Origin: Bacilli bacterium
Lineage (GTDB): Bacteria; Bacillota_I; Bacilli_A; RFN20; CAG-826
Assembly (NCBI GenBank): GCA_045116995.1
Contig: JBGUMU010000031.1
Location: 6,108 to 70,107 of the forward strand
Length of the DNA stretch: 64,000 nucleotides
Direction: 5' to 3'
Part shown: positions 1-10,109 of the stretch, piece after piece
How the letters are laid out: every line of letters begins with the position of its first letter
How positions within the stretch are numbered: the stretch's first letter is position 1
The notes under the pieces: generated by a model
The model's database searches: none
The model's input: only the letters and a program-made list of their open reading frames with translations
What the model was told of the DNA's origin: nothing
Made by a program: the position numbers and the translations under genes

Positions 1-168
1 ATCGGCTTAGCCGCTGGTGTCGCTGCAGCATTCTTATATGTTGTCCTAAGAGAGTTACTCGATAACAAATTCAAATCTAGCGAAGAAGTCGAAAGAATGC
101 TTGGTGTTCCTGTTCTTGCCGGCATTCCAGATTATCATTTCGATGACGAAAAGAAAGGCGGTAAGTAA
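1..168 (+). CDS. C-terminal fragment of polysaccharide chain-length determinant / BY-kinase modulator (CpsC/Wzd/Wzz-like); 5' end lies outside the window
   Basis: Frame +1 is open from base 1 to TAA 166-168. It translates IGLAAGVAAAFLYVVLRELLDNKFKSSEEVERMLGVPVLAGIP..., a last TM helix plus short tail typical of CpsC. It sits directly upstream of the BY-kinase gene. Confidence 0.6.
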   Translation: MGLAAGVAAAFLYVVLRELLDNKFKSSEEVERMLGVPVLAGIPDYHFDDEKKGGK

Positions 169-170
169 TT

Positions 171-971
171 ATGGCTTTCGGAATTAATAAACATCACTCT
201 GTTAAACATACAGTTACTGACAACCCACACTACAGAATCATTACTGTGGAAGAACCATTATCAATCGCAGCTGAATCTTATAGAAGAATCAAAACTTCTT
301 TAGAGTTTGCTAATGTTGATAAACGTTTACAAGTAATCCAAATCTGTTCTTCTATGCAAGGCGAAGGAAAGTCAATTACTGTTTTAAATGTTGCGGCAAC
401 ATATGCAGAAGATGGTAAAAAGGTACTCGTAGTAGATCTCGACTTTAGAAGACCAAAACTTCACCGTTCATTCAAAAGAGAAAATAAAGATGGTGTTACT
501 GATGTTCTCGCAGATCATATCAAGTTAAAAGACGCCATCATTCATGGTGAAAATGGTATCGATTGCTTAAATAGAGGCAGCAAAGCGCCATTTCCAACTG
601 CTTTATTAGGTAGTGAAAATATGGCTAAGCTCTTTGAAGAACTTAGAAAAGAATACGAATACATCATCGTTGACTGCCCACCAATCTTAGCGGTCTCTGA
701 TGCTGCTATCATCTCCAAATTATGCGATGGTTGCTTATTCGTTGTTAGCCAAGCCAAGACAGAAAAAGCCGCCGCTAGAGAATCAGTTAAGATTCTTAGA
801 GATAACGGCGTTAACATCTTAGGTGTTGTATTCGCTAACATCTCTGCTAAACGTGGTAATTACTACTACAGCAATAAATACAAATACTATTACCAAAACT
901 ACTATGGTAAAGATACAGCTCCTGATGGTAGCAAAGTTCCAGAAGAAGCAGAAGAAGATAAAGAAAACTAA
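171..971 (+). CDS. cpsD: Capsular polysaccharide tyrosine autokinase (BY-kinase, CpsD/Wze type)
   Basis: Walker A SSMQGEGKSITVLN, Walker A' VLVVDLDFRRPKLH, Walker B IIVDCPP. The C-terminal tail is tyrosine-rich (YYYSNKYKYYYQNYYGK), the hallmark autophosphorylation cluster. Confidence 0.9.
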   Translation: MAFGINKHHSVKHTVTDNPHYRIITVEEPLSIAAESYRRIKTSLEFANVDKRLQVIQICSSMQGEGKSITVLNVAATYAEDGKKVLVVDLDFRRPKLHRSFKRENKDGVTDVLADHIKLKDAIIHGENGIDCLNRGSKAPFPTALLGSENMAKLFEELRKEYEYIIVDCPPILAVSDAAIISKLCDGCLFVVSQAKTEKAAARESVKILRDNGVNILGVVFANISAKRGNYYYSNKYKYYYQNYYGKDTAPDGSKVPEEAEEDKEN

Positions 972-976
972 TTATT

Positions 977-1639
977 ATGGTCGATATTCACACCCACGTT
1001 ATTCCATGTGTTGATGATGGTAGTCACTCCCTTGAGGAGTCACTAGCCATGATTAAACATGAAATTGATATAGGAGTGGATACCATCATCTGTACGCCAC
1101 ATCATATCTATCATCGATATGAAAAAAGTGTAGAAGAGATAACTAAACAGTTCAATCTTCTTAAAGAAGCGGTAGAAAAAGAAAATCTACCCGTACAACT
1201 ATATTTAGGTCAAGAGATTTGCTACACACATCGTGAAGATCAAATCAAGATGTTAAAAGAAGGCAAACTCCTGACTATAAATAACACAAATAGGATCCTC
1301 TTAGAGTTCTCCTTCACAAGAGAACCTGAAGACGTCCTAGATGTCATCTATAACTTCTCCATTAATGGCTATCAAGTAATCATAGCCCATGTGGAAAGAT
1401 ATGAATGGATGACATATGACAAAGTGGTGGCCCTTAGACAAGAAGGTGCCTTAATCCAAATTAACTCAAACTCTTATCTAGGTATGACTACTTGGAAAGA
1501 AAAGAGATTAACCAAGAAATTGATTAAGCGCGGCCTTGTGGACTATGTTGCATCAGATACACATAGTTTCAGACCATCAACATTGGATAAGTCATACAAA
1601 AAGATCAAAAATCCAGACTTATTCAACTACGTAAGATAG
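977..1639 (+). CDS. cpsB: PHP-family manganese-dependent protein-tyrosine phosphatase (CpsB/Wzh)
   Basis: N-terminal MVDIHTHVIPCVDDGS and TPH / HVERY / SDTH motifs are typical of CpsB. It is adjacent to cpsD. Confidence 0.9.
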   Translation: MVDIHTHVIPCVDDGSHSLEESLAMIKHEIDIGVDTIICTPHHIYHRYEKSVEEITKQFNLLKEAVEKENLPVQLYLGQEICYTHREDQIKMLKEGKLLTINNTNRILLEFSFTREPEDVLDVIYNFSINGYQVIIAHVERYEWMTYDKVVALRQEGALIQINSNSYLGMTTWKEKRLTKKLIKRGLVDYVASDTHSFRPSTLDKSYKKIKNPDLFNYVR

Positions 1640-1787
1640 TTAATTCTTGCAAAACTCCTTCTTATTCTATATCACTATGTCGAAGCCTGTGGCACCTCAA
1701 AAGGGTATAGATGTCATCATCTTATCTAGGTATATTTATTGGACTATATCTAATGAACCAGCATGCAATAAAAATGGGAGATTAAGT

Positions 1788-2321
1788 ATGTATTACGTGA
1801 TTCAAGTCAAAACCGGAAAAGAACAGAAAGCCATCGAAGACATTATGAAGAATAAGCCAGACGATGCTTCTTTCGACGTATTTGCCCCATATCGTAAATC
1901 TCTTCGTAAATTTAAAGGCGAGAACAGAGAAGTGGTCGAAAGATGCTTCCCTGGCTATATTTTTGTAGAGACCAATGATGTTAAGCAGTTATTCAAACAG
2001 CTATACTTCACCCCAGGATTCCAAAGACTCCTCGGTAGAGAAGCTGATACAGACAATTTTGTACCATTAAACAAAGATGAATCTCGTATGATTGATATCC
2101 TTTATAGTGCAAATAACTCACGTATTACAGAAATCAGCCATATTGAGGTCAAGGAAGGAGAAATGATTAGAGTTTTAGATGGACCATTGCTTGGTCTTCA
2201 AACTCAAATCAAAAAAGTCAATCTCCATAAACGTACCGTCACAGTGGAATTCATGTTATGTGGTCGTTTAGTGGAAACCAATGTCGCAATCGATTTTGTA
2301 ACAAATATTATTAACAATTAG
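1788..2321 (+). CDS. loaP: NusG-paralog transcription antiterminator (LoaP/UpxY-like) specific to the polysaccharide operon
   Basis: NGN-like start MYYVIQVKTGKEQKA..., FPGYIFVE, KOW motif GEMIRVLDGPLLGLQTQIKKV. ATG 1788 has GGGAG 7 nt upstream. The ORF-track extension to TTG 1647 has no NusG-like sequence. Confidence 0.75.
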   Translation: MYYVIQVKTGKEQKAIEDIMKNKPDDASFDVFAPYRKSLRKFKGENREVVERCFPGYIFVETNDVKQLFKQLYFTPGFQRLLGREADTDNFVPLNKDESRMIDILYSANNSRITEISHIEVKEGEMIRVLDGPLLGLQTQIKKVNLHKRTVTVEFMLCGRLVETNVAIDFVTNIINN

Positions 2322-2368
2322 AGACAACAAACAATCCCTCCCTTATAGATAATTGAGAAGGACAAATT

Positions 2369-3037
2369 ATGGAACAACAATTATCAACAATAGAAGAAAA
2401 TGCCACCCAAGCCAATACGGAAGGTTCTCATTATGAATTAAGAACGAGCCAAAAAATTTATTTACCGTTTAAGAGGGTAATTGCCATTATAGGTTCGGTT
2501 ATTGGCATTATTGTTTGTACCACCCTTATTTGGTGGTGGGTTTTACCAATTAATGTTATAGTTACCAAAGGACATCCGTTTTTTAATCGGCACAGAATAG
2601 GCAAAAATGGAAAGCCATTTATATGCTTCAAGTTTAGAACAATGAGGTTGGATACTGATCCTCATTTATCTAGTACAGGTGGCAACGTTTCTAGTCACAT
2701 AACAGGTTTTGGAAAATTTTTAAGAGCAACATCAATCGATGAAACAGTCCAACTGTTTAATATTTTTATAGGCCAAATGACATTTATTGGGCCAAGGCCT
2801 TTAATAGATGTTAATCCCCAAGACGCCGTAACTGTTAATCTAAGAAAAGAGAATGGATCCATTTCTTTAAAGCCGGGTCTTAGTGGCTATGCTCAAATAC
2901 ATCAAAGAGGCGAATTAGATCCTATCATTAAAGCAAAATATGATCGCGAATATTTAGAAAGATTTTCACTTTGGTTCGATGCTAAGATATTTTTATATAC
3001 ACTGTTAAAAGCTCTTGGAGCAGTAAAAGGCAGATAA
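2369..3037 (+). CDS. Undecaprenyl-phosphate sugar phosphotransferase (small bacterial sugar transferase, WbaP/CpsE C-terminal-domain type); initiating enzyme
   Basis: One TM helix followed by FKFRTM, DETVQLFNIFIGQMTFIGPRP and KPGLSGYAQI motifs of the PF02397-type family. Confidence 0.85.
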   Translation: MEQQLSTIEENATQANTEGSHYELRTSQKIYLPFKRVIAIIGSVIGIIVCTTLIWWWVLPINVIVTKGHPFFNRHRIGKNGKPFICFKFRTMRLDTDPHLSSTGGNVSSHITGFGKFLRATSIDETVQLFNIFIGQMTFIGPRPLIDVNPQDAVTVNLRKENGSISLKPGLSGYAQIHQRGELDPIIKAKYDREYLERFSLWFDAKIFLYTLLKALGAVKGR

Positions 3038-3048
3038 GTTGTTAATTT

Positions 3049-3909
3049 ATGGAAGATGTAACAGCAATTATTTTAACCAAAAATGAAGAAATCAACCTTT
3101 TGGATTGTATTAATTCCATTAAAAGCTTTGTCAAAAGGATCGTTGTAGTTGATAGTTTTAGTTGTGACAAAACTAAACAAATCGCCACTGACAACGGCGC
3201 AGATTTTTACGAGAATAAATTTGTTAATTATGCAACTCAATTTAATTGGGCCATCGACAACACTGGCATAACTACAAAATGGACATTGAGAATAGATGCC
3301 GATGAAAGACTAACGCCAGAATTATGCAACGAATTATCTATATTAATTGAAAAACATCATAACGATGACGTTAATGGAATTGTTATGGAAGCATGGCTGT
3401 TTTTCATGGGCAAAAAAATAAAGCATGGCTGTCACAATAAAAGAAAAATAATGCTTTTTAAAACTGGTATTGGACGAATTGAAAACAGAAAAATGGATGA
3501 ACATACAATTCTATGTTCGGGAACAAGCGCTAAAACAAAAAATAGATTTATCCATTACGATTTCAAAAACATGACTCACTGGATAAACAAAATGAACTGG
3601 TATGCCACCAGAGAAATGCAAGATTATTTCGACTTCAAAAACGGAAAAAAACAAGCAATTGATGGTGATAAAACTATTTCTAAAACACGTAGAAAGAAAT
3701 TTGGTTTCTATTACAAATTACCTTTATTTTTTAGATGCTGGCTTTTATTTTTTTATTATTATATTTTTAGACTTGGATTTTTAGATGGGAAAAGTGGCTT
3801 TGTTTATCACTGGATGTATCATCGCTGGTACAGAACCCTTGTTGATTCAAAAATACTTGAACAAAAAATGAACCCTAAGCCATTCGAAGAAACTGGTGAC
3901 TTAAAATAA
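3049..3909 (+). CDS. Glycosyltransferase family 2
   Basis: VTAIILTKNEE...VVVDSFSCDKT and a DADE(R) motif. C-terminal hydrophobic segment. Confidence 0.8.
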   Translation: MEDVTAIILTKNEEINLLDCINSIKSFVKRIVVVDSFSCDKTKQIATDNGADFYENKFVNYATQFNWAIDNTGITTKWTLRIDADERLTPELCNELSILIEKHHNDDVNGIVMEAWLFFMGKKIKHGCHNKRKIMLFKTGIGRIENRKMDEHTILCSGTSAKTKNRFIHYDFKNMTHWINKMNWYATREMQDYFDFKNGKKQAIDGDKTISKTRRKKFGFYYKLPLFFRCWLLFFYYYIFRLGFLDGKSGFVYHWMYHRWYRTLVDSKILEQKMNPKPFEETGDLK

Positions 3910-4877
3910 TGTTGTTTTCAATAATAATGCCCGCATTTAATTCTGAAGCAACAATTGGACGGGCTATCAAAAGTGTTTTAGAACAAAAAAGTAATAATTG
4001 GGAACTTATTATTGTCGATGACGGCTCTATGGACAAAACGGCTTCAAGAGTCTCACAATTCCTTGGTGACAATCGGATTAAATATTTCTACCAAGAAAAC
4101 TCTGGACCCGGAACAGCTAGAAACAACGGCATTTCAAAATCAAGCGGCGATTGGATATGCTTTTTAGATTCTGATGATTATTGGAGTGATGACTTTTTAA
4201 AATTAATTGAATTAGAAATCAAAGAAAAGAATCCTGATGTTGTTTTTTACAACTTATGCAGAATTAAACATGATGGTTCTAAAAAAAGAATTGTTGATCT
4301 GTCTCGCTTTTCTAAGTATGACAAAAATGATTTAATCTCATTCCAAATGACCGGCTTACTTGAGTGGGGTATGACGAAGGCAATCAAAACGTCGATAATA
4401 AAGACTCACAATTTAAGTTTTGGAAAAACATCAGTGGCCGAAGAAGCTTTGTTTAGTTTTGATGTTTTGTTCTATTCAAACTCATTCTCTTTTATCGACA
4501 AGCCTATTTACTTTTATGTCCAAAACGATACTGGGCAACACAAAAAAGGGAGTAAAGATCCTTGGCATGAATCAGCTGTACTTTTGAAGAAGCATTTAAC
4601 TGATTTGGGATGTTCTGATGCTTTTAGACGTTCTTTAAATTCGTTTGCTGCAAAGTCTTTTACAATTTGCATGTATAGAACATTTATATCAACAACATAT
4701 AAAAATGCAAAGTTACAAGTTTTGTTCAATAAAAAAACCTATTTAAATGATTTTGATATTCATGACTATGAATCAAAATATTTGGATAAGTCCACTGTTT
4801 TATTGTTGAAATTTGTCAAAATTAATTGGCTATATCCTATTTATGTTGCTTCTAAGTTAAGAAGCAGGCAGACATAA
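3909..4877 (+). CDS. Glycosyltransferase family 2
   Basis: FSIIMPAFNSEATIGRAIKSVLEQ...LIIVDDGSMDKT, FLDSDD (DxD). Start overlaps the previous stop (ATAATG). Confidence 0.85.
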   Translation: MLFSIIMPAFNSEATIGRAIKSVLEQKSNNWELIIVDDGSMDKTASRVSQFLGDNRIKYFYQENSGPGTARNNGISKSSGDWICFLDSDDYWSDDFLKLIELEIKEKNPDVVFYNLCRIKHDGSKKRIVDLSRFSKYDKNDLISFQMTGLLEWGMTKAIKTSIIKTHNLSFGKTSVAEEALFSFDVLFYSNSFSFIDKPIYFYVQNDTGQHKKGSKDPWHESAVLLKKHLTDLGCSDAFRRSLNSFAAKSFTICMYRTFISTTYKNAKLQVLFNKKTYLNDFDIHDYESKYLDKSTVLLLKFVKINWLYPIYVASKLRSRQT

Positions 4878-4952
4878 AAGAAATGTACTCGCTGTTAGAA
4901 AACGTCCTGAAATTGTTAAAAGCGCCGCCATATATTTTTTAGAGATAGTTAT

Positions 4953-5906
4953 ATGATGTGTCTATCAATCATTGTTCCTGTTTATAATGTTGTTAATTTT
5001 TTAAAAAAGTGTATTGATTCAATTGTTAATCAAGACACCAATCGATGTGAAATAATTCTGGTTGATGATGGTTCTACTGATGGATCAGAAATGATGTGTG
5101 ATGAATATTCAGAGAAATATTCCAATGTTAAAACTATTCACAAAAGCAACGGAGGCTTGTCTGACGCACGAAATTGTGGGATTGAGGTTGCTTCAGGAGA
5201 GTATCTCATGTTTGTTGACAGTGATGACTACGTTAAAGAAGGCTCGTTACAATTTTTTATCAACAAAATAGTTACGTTACATTCTGATGTGTATGTTGGC
5301 AAGTCATATAGCGTATCGGATGATGGAGTGGTTGAAGATGAATTAAAGTATTCTATTAGTGAAGGTTTGTACTCTTTTAATGAATATTCTAAACAAATGC
5401 GTAAAAATCCAAAATCAGTTATATTTTGTGCTCAGTACTATATTTGTAAAAGAACTATTGTCCAAAACAATAACTTACGTTTTAAGAAAGGTATTATTCA
5501 CGAGGATGAACTTTGGACGCCGTTCCTACTTTCTCATTGCGAAAGCATTTACTATTGCGACTACTTATTTTATTATCACTTGATGAGAGAAGGATCTATC
5601 ATGCATTCTGACAATTCGATAAAAAGTGGCAAATCTCTTTTAACTATTTCATCTATCTTGTTGCCGTTTTACAAAGGATTAGAAAAGAAAAAATACAACA
5701 CAAAATATTTTAGGGATCGATTGAGTTCTTTCTATCTGCAAGCTTTTACAAAAATGGGAAAAGAGTATGTCTACTTGTTTGATAAGCATATTCCGATAAC
5801 TAACTGTTGTTACTTTAAAAGCTTCTGCAAAGCCTTATTATTTTTTTTATCACCTAATATCTACTATTCGACTTGGTTGAAACACGAAAGGAAAAATGCG
5901 AAATAA
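4953..5906 (+). CDS. Glycosyltransferase family 2
   Basis: LSIIVPVYNVVNFLKKCIDSIVNQ...IILVDDGSTDGS, FVDSDD. Confidence 0.85.
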   Translation: MMCLSIIVPVYNVVNFLKKCIDSIVNQDTNRCEIILVDDGSTDGSEMMCDEYSEKYSNVKTIHKSNGGLSDARNCGIEVASGEYLMFVDSDDYVKEGSLQFFINKIVTLHSDVYVGKSYSVSDDGVVEDELKYSISEGLYSFNEYSKQMRKNPKSVIFCAQYYICKRTIVQNNNLRFKKGIIHEDELWTPFLLSHCESIYYCDYLFYYHLMREGSIMHSDNSIKSGKSLLTISSILLPFYKGLEKKKYNTKYFRDRLSSFYLQAFTKMGKEYVYLFDKHIPITNCCYFKSFCKALLFFLSPNIYYSTWLKHERKNAK

Positions 5907-7134
5907 CAAAATGGAAACTAATATTTGGCCCACAAGGTTATCACAAGATAAGAAAATTATAACCCCATCTCTTTTATTCAATATGGCGGTAGTTTTGCTA
6001 ATTGTCTTTTCTCAATACAACACTGCTAAGTGGGGTGCCTCTTTTTCATACATTTTAATACCATTTTTGCTTGTTTTGTTTGGCTTTGTTTTTTCAAATT
6101 TGAAAATTAGAAATAGTTCGCTCCTTATTTTTCTTCTATATTTTGTCTATTTTTTATCGACGTTGCTCTCTCCGTATGTTGAACTAGGAAGGGATATAAT
6201 CACTTTTGCTCTTCTATGTATTTTTTATGTGCTAATTACTTCCAAAAACTATTCTAATAGAGATATTCAATTGTTTCTTCTTGTTTATATAATCGTTGCT
6301 TTCACTGCTTCGATAAACATTTGCTATCAATGGCTAAATGGCAATTTTATTCAAGCTTGGGTTAGAAGATCGACATTTGTTTTCTTAGGCGTTAAAAAAG
6401 ATCCTAACTATTCAATGGCATACATAGCTCCTGCTATGGTTTTATCTGTTTATATTTTTTTGAATTCAAAAAAGAAAATAATCAAAGCATTTTGTCTAAT
6501 TAACTCATTGGTTACTTTCTTTGCGTGTATATGCGCAAGCACTCGCGCTGGCATGCTGGCTATTATTATCCCGATTGTTTTGTTGATTTTAATTACAAAG
6601 CATCTTAAAACAAAGACGAAACTTTTCGTCTTGTTACTCCTTGGAATAACGATTATTCTTGGGTTTACAATTATCCTTAGAACATATAATGAATATGCGC
6701 TTAAAAGGTTTTTTGAAGATGAAGATGGTTCAGGAAGACTTTCTCTCTGGAGAGCAGCATTAGAATCTTTCAAAATGAATCCAATTATTGGCGGCGGAAT
6801 GAATTCCGGTTCATATTTTGCACTTCTTGAAGAGGGAAATGCAAGTCATAGTATTCTTGTTGATATTATTAGTGATTCTGGGATTTTAGGCATTCTCTTT
6901 TTATTCATATTCTTTGTTGTAAATTGTTTAAAGACAAAAAAGAAAAATTTTGAATTTCAAATCGTTATTGTTTCGTCTGCATTGATTCCTATGATGTTTA
7001 TCAACGGCTTTAATACTACCACTTTCTATTTTCCAATTATTCTGTTAACCATACTTTCTACATACAATAGTACAAGCAACAATGATTATAGGTGCCTTTT
7101 TAGATATGATGAATGGAGGCTATTTAGCAAATGA
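5896..7134 (+). CDS. Polysaccharide polymerase (Wzy / O-antigen ligase family membrane protein)
   Basis: About 10 hydrophobic helices with a larger loop (EDEDGSGRLSLWRAALESF) typical of Wzy_C. Located inside the cps locus and overlaps both neighbours. Confidence 0.75.
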   Translation: MRNNKMETNIWPTRLSQDKKIITPSLLFNMAVVLLIVFSQYNTAKWGASFSYILIPFLLVLFGFVFSNLKIRNSSLLIFLLYFVYFLSTLLSPYVELGRDIITFALLCIFYVLITSKNYSNRDIQLFLLVYIIVAFTASINICYQWLNGNFIQAWVRRSTFVFLGVKKDPNYSMAYIAPAMVLSVYIFLNSKKKIIKAFCLINSLVTFFACICASTRAGMLAIIIPIVLLILITKHLKTKTKLFVLLLLGITIILGFTIILRTYNEYALKRFFEDEDGSGRLSLWRAALESFKMNPIIGGGMNSGSYFALLEEGNASHSILVDIISDSGILGILFLFIFFVVNCLKTKKKNFEFQIVIVSSALIPMMFINGFNTTTFYFPIILLTILSTYNSTSNNDYRCLFRYDEWRLFSK

Positions 7135-8222
7135 GAATTGGCTTTATAACTAGCTGTCTGAGCTTTGGCGGAGCCGAAAAAATTCTTTTGTGGATTGCTT
7201 CTGAATTTTCAAACAATGGAGACGAAGTCTTTATCATTGATCTGCAGAGCGATGTCAACAACAGTTCTTTCGCCAGAAAAGTAGATGCTCGAATTAGAGT
7301 TATTGGGGCAAAAGCTAAAGGGCTTAAAATAATAAAGCGATTGTTTCAAATAAAGAATATCAAAAGAATATTAATACACGAAAAAGCCGATGTCGTAATA
7401 GGATTCACAACCTATCCATCTTTTTTAGCTTCTCTTGCAGGGAAAATGGCTGGTATCCCATCGATTGTCTGCGAGCGTTGTGATCCGTCAGTTGAATTAA
7501 AGAATCGTCTCTGTCGCTTCTACCATAGATTCATTAATAAAGCGACTGGGGCCGTTTTCCAAACCGAAGAAGCTAAAAAGTATTATTCAGAAGAGTTACA
7601 GAAAAAAAGCATCGTTTTGCCAAACCCTGCTTTTCCAAGCCAATATGTTTACCAACATAGTCAGAATAAAACCTTTGTGACTATTGGGAGATTTGAAAAC
7701 AACCAAAAGCGATACGATTTGCTTATTGATGCGTTTAATATTTTTCATGAGAAACATAATGATTACTGTTTGCGCATTTATGGTGATGGCACTGACAAAG
7801 ACTTTATCATTAATTATATAGAAAAGAGCGATTCTTCAAAATTTATCCATTTGTGTGGCTACACATCTTCTCCTGTTGAAAAAATGGTTGAAAACGAAGC
7901 GTTTGTTCTTTCATCTGATTACGAAGGAATTCCTAATATTCTTTTGGAAGCCATGTCGTGTGGGATGCCGGTCATATCAACAGACACTTCTCCTGGTGGG
8001 GCTAGAATCCTTATTGACAACGGTACAAATGGGTTGTTAGTTCCTTGTGGAGATTCAAACGCTCTCGCAAAAGCTATGTGCGCGTATGCAGATGATGTAG
8101 TTCTTAGAGAGCAATGCTCTAAAAACGCAAGAAAAATAATAAACAAATTCGTTCCAAAAAGAATCTCGTTGGATTGGATTACCTACGTAAACAAAATAAC
8201 ATCTAATAATCAAAAGAAATAG
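7131..8222 (+). CDS. Glycosyltransferase family 4 (GT-B, GT1-type)
   Basis: C-terminal EGIPNILLEAMSCGMPVISTD (EX7E region), N-terminal GGAEK motif. Confidence 0.85.
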   Translation: MRIGFITSCLSFGGAEKILLWIASEFSNNGDEVFIIDLQSDVNNSSFARKVDARIRVIGAKAKGLKIIKRLFQIKNIKRILIHEKADVVIGFTTYPSFLASLAGKMAGIPSIVCERCDPSVELKNRLCRFYHRFINKATGAVFQTEEAKKYYSEELQKKSIVLPNPAFPSQYVYQHSQNKTFVTIGRFENNQKRYDLLIDAFNIFHEKHNDYCLRIYGDGTDKDFIINYIEKSDSSKFIHLCGYTSSPVEKMVENEAFVLSSDYEGIPNILLEAMSCGMPVISTDTSPGGARILIDNGTNGLLVPCGDSNALAKAMCAYADDVVLREQCSKNARKIINKFVPKRISLDWITYVNKITSNNQKK

Positions 8223-9130
8223 TGGTCTGTATAAAAATGAATTGTTTATTAAGAAATTTGGAAAAAATAATTACTCATTTTTTTACTGATAAAATGTTTG
8301 TCAAATATCAGTATTATAAGGTGTTTAGAAAAAAACTACACTTGAATTGTCCCATCACATTCAATGAAAAAATACAGTATCTAAAAATCTATGATAGGAA
8401 CCCATTGTATACACTTTTGGCCGACAAATATCGAGTTAAGGAATATGTTGCTTCTTTGATTGGAGATGAATACTTGATTCCAACGTTAGGAGTTTGGAAG
8501 GATCCGTCCGAAATTGATTTTGATAAGCTTCCTAATCGTTTTGTTCTAAAGTGCAATCATGACAGTGGAAGCGTTATCATTTGCGAAGATAAAAATGATT
8601 TCAATTTTTCTGAAGCAAAAAAAAGATTATCGCAAAAATTAAAAAAGAACTTCTTTTTTTATGGGCGAGAATGGTCTTATAAAAACATAAAACCTGTTGT
8701 TTTAGCTGAAAAATATATGGCTGATGGTGATAATAACGAAATAACTGATTATAAATTTTATTGCTTTGATGGTAGGGTTGACTGTGTTATGGTTTGCCTT
8801 GATAGAAAATCAGGAGACACTAAGTTTTATTTTTTTGACAAACAATGGAATTTAAAAAGAATCAATAAAAGGGGCATTGAAGCTCCTAGAGATTTTACAA
8901 TCGAAAAGCCAAAACAAATGGATTGTATGTTTGAAATTGCGGAAAAATTATCATCAGGCATTCCTTTTGTTAGAATAGATTTGTACCAATGCCAGAATCA
9001 AATATTCTTTGGTGAATATACCTTTTATCCTCATAGTGGAACTGATAAAAACTATTTGCCAGAGACAGAGTTGTATTTTGGAAATCTAATCGATTTGGAT
9101 AATGTTTTTTCAAAAAGGAGAAAGAAATGA
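8222..9130 (+). CDS. TupA-like ATP-grasp amidoligase
   Basis: PITFNEKIQYLKIYDRNP, LKCNHDSGS, DYKFYCFDGRV and FVRIDLY motifs are characteristic of the teichuronopeptide TupA-like ATP-grasp family. GTG 8222 or ATG 8237 are possible starts. Confidence 0.75.
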   Translation: MVCIKMNCLLRNLEKIITHFFTDKMFVKYQYYKVFRKKLHLNCPITFNEKIQYLKIYDRNPLYTLLADKYRVKEYVASLIGDEYLIPTLGVWKDPSEIDFDKLPNRFVLKCNHDSGSVIICEDKNDFNFSEAKKRLSQKLKKNFFFYGREWSYKNIKPVVLAEKYMADGDNNEITDYKFYCFDGRVDCVMVCLDRKSGDTKFYFFDKQWNLKRINKRGIEAPRDFTIEKPKQMDCMFEIAEKLSSGIPFVRIDLYQCQNQIFFGEYTFYPHSGTDKNYLPETELYFGNLIDLDNVFSKRRKK

Positions 9131-10092
9131 AAACTGTTGGCTTTCCTATAAGTTATAAAGAGAATGAAAAAAGGCGCGCTATTTTGCCAGACGATTTGTC
9201 AAAACTATCGCATCCAGAGTGTGTATTCATTGAGAAAGGCTATGGTGAAGTTCTTGGCATTTCCGATGATGAATATGTAAACAGTGGATGCAACGTTTGT
9301 TCTAGAGAAGAAGTTTTGCAAAAGGATATCATATGCGATCCTAAAATTGGTGATGCTGAGTATTTGCATAGATTAAAAAAAGGACAAGTCATTTTTGGTT
9401 GGATTCATGCAACACAAAACAGAATAATTACAGATACAATTGTTAATAACGGACTTACAGCCTATGCGTGGGAAAAAATGTTTTATTGTGGTAGGCATAT
9501 TTTTTGGTTTAACAATGAACTAGCAGGGGAGGCCGCTGTTTTAAATGCTTTCCAATGCTATGGAATGTTACCGTTCGGGCTTAATGTCGCTGTAATCGGA
9601 AACGGAAACACAGCCCGTGGGGCAATTCGCGCTTTAAATATGCTTGGATCGATAGTTATCCAATATAATAGAAAACAAGAAGTTCTTTTGCGAAAAGAAA
9701 TAGGCAATTATGACGTCATTGTGAATTGCGTGCTTTGGGATTTGGAAAGAAAAGATCATATCATATCAAAAAAAGACCTGTTGCGCATGAAGAAAGGTTC
9801 AATGATAATTGATGTTAGTTGCGATAGGAATGGAGGAATCGAAACAAGTATTCCAACAACAATTTCCAATCCAACTTATTGCGTTGAAGGTATCATACAT
9901 TACGTAGTCGATCATACACCTTCACTTTTTTACAAAACTTTTTCAGTAAATAACTCCAAAATTATTGCTCCTTTTATAGAAAAATTAATCACATCTCAAG
10001 AAGACGAAGTTCTTTTAAATTGTCTTATTATTGAGGACGGCATTATACGCGATCAAGAAATTATTGATTATCAGCACAGACGTTTAAAATAA
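9127..10092 (+). CDS. Alanine dehydrogenase/PNT-family oxidoreductase, N5-(carboxyethyl)ornithine synthase-like (opine-forming)
   Basis: Start MKTVGFPISYKENEKRRAILPDD, Rossmann VAVIGNGNTARGAIRALNMLG, length about 320 aa. This resembles the CEOS-type short AlaDH/PNT enzymes as I remember them. Confidence 0.6.
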   Translation: MKTVGFPISYKENEKRRAILPDDLSKLSHPECVFIEKGYGEVLGISDDEYVNSGCNVCSREEVLQKDIICDPKIGDAEYLHRLKKGQVIFGWIHATQNRIITDTIVNNGLTAYAWEKMFYCGRHIFWFNNELAGEAAVLNAFQCYGMLPFGLNVAVIGNGNTARGAIRALNMLGSIVIQYNRKQEVLLRKEIGNYDVIVNCVLWDLERKDHIISKKDLLRMKKGSMIIDVSCDRNGGIETSIPTTISNPTYCVEGIIHYVVDHTPSLFYKTFSVNNSKIIAPFIEKLITSQEDEVLLNCLIIEDGIIRDQEIIDYQHRRLK

Positions 10093-10109
10093 GGATTGGT
10101 ATAGACACT

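Noticed and set aside
1647-1787. TTG-initiated N-terminal extension of the NusG-like ORF (MQNSFLFYITMSKPVAPQKG...)
   Set aside because: The extension has no NusG/NGN similarity and no RBS. An internal ATG at 1788 has GGGAG 7 nt upstream and begins exactly at the conserved NGN start. I treat 1640-1787 as leader.
8620-8665. A8 and T7 homopolymer tracts inside the TupA-like gene as phase-variation switches
   Set aside because: Runs of this length are common throughout this AT-rich sequence, and both are in frame here. There is no evidence of slippage from a single sequence.
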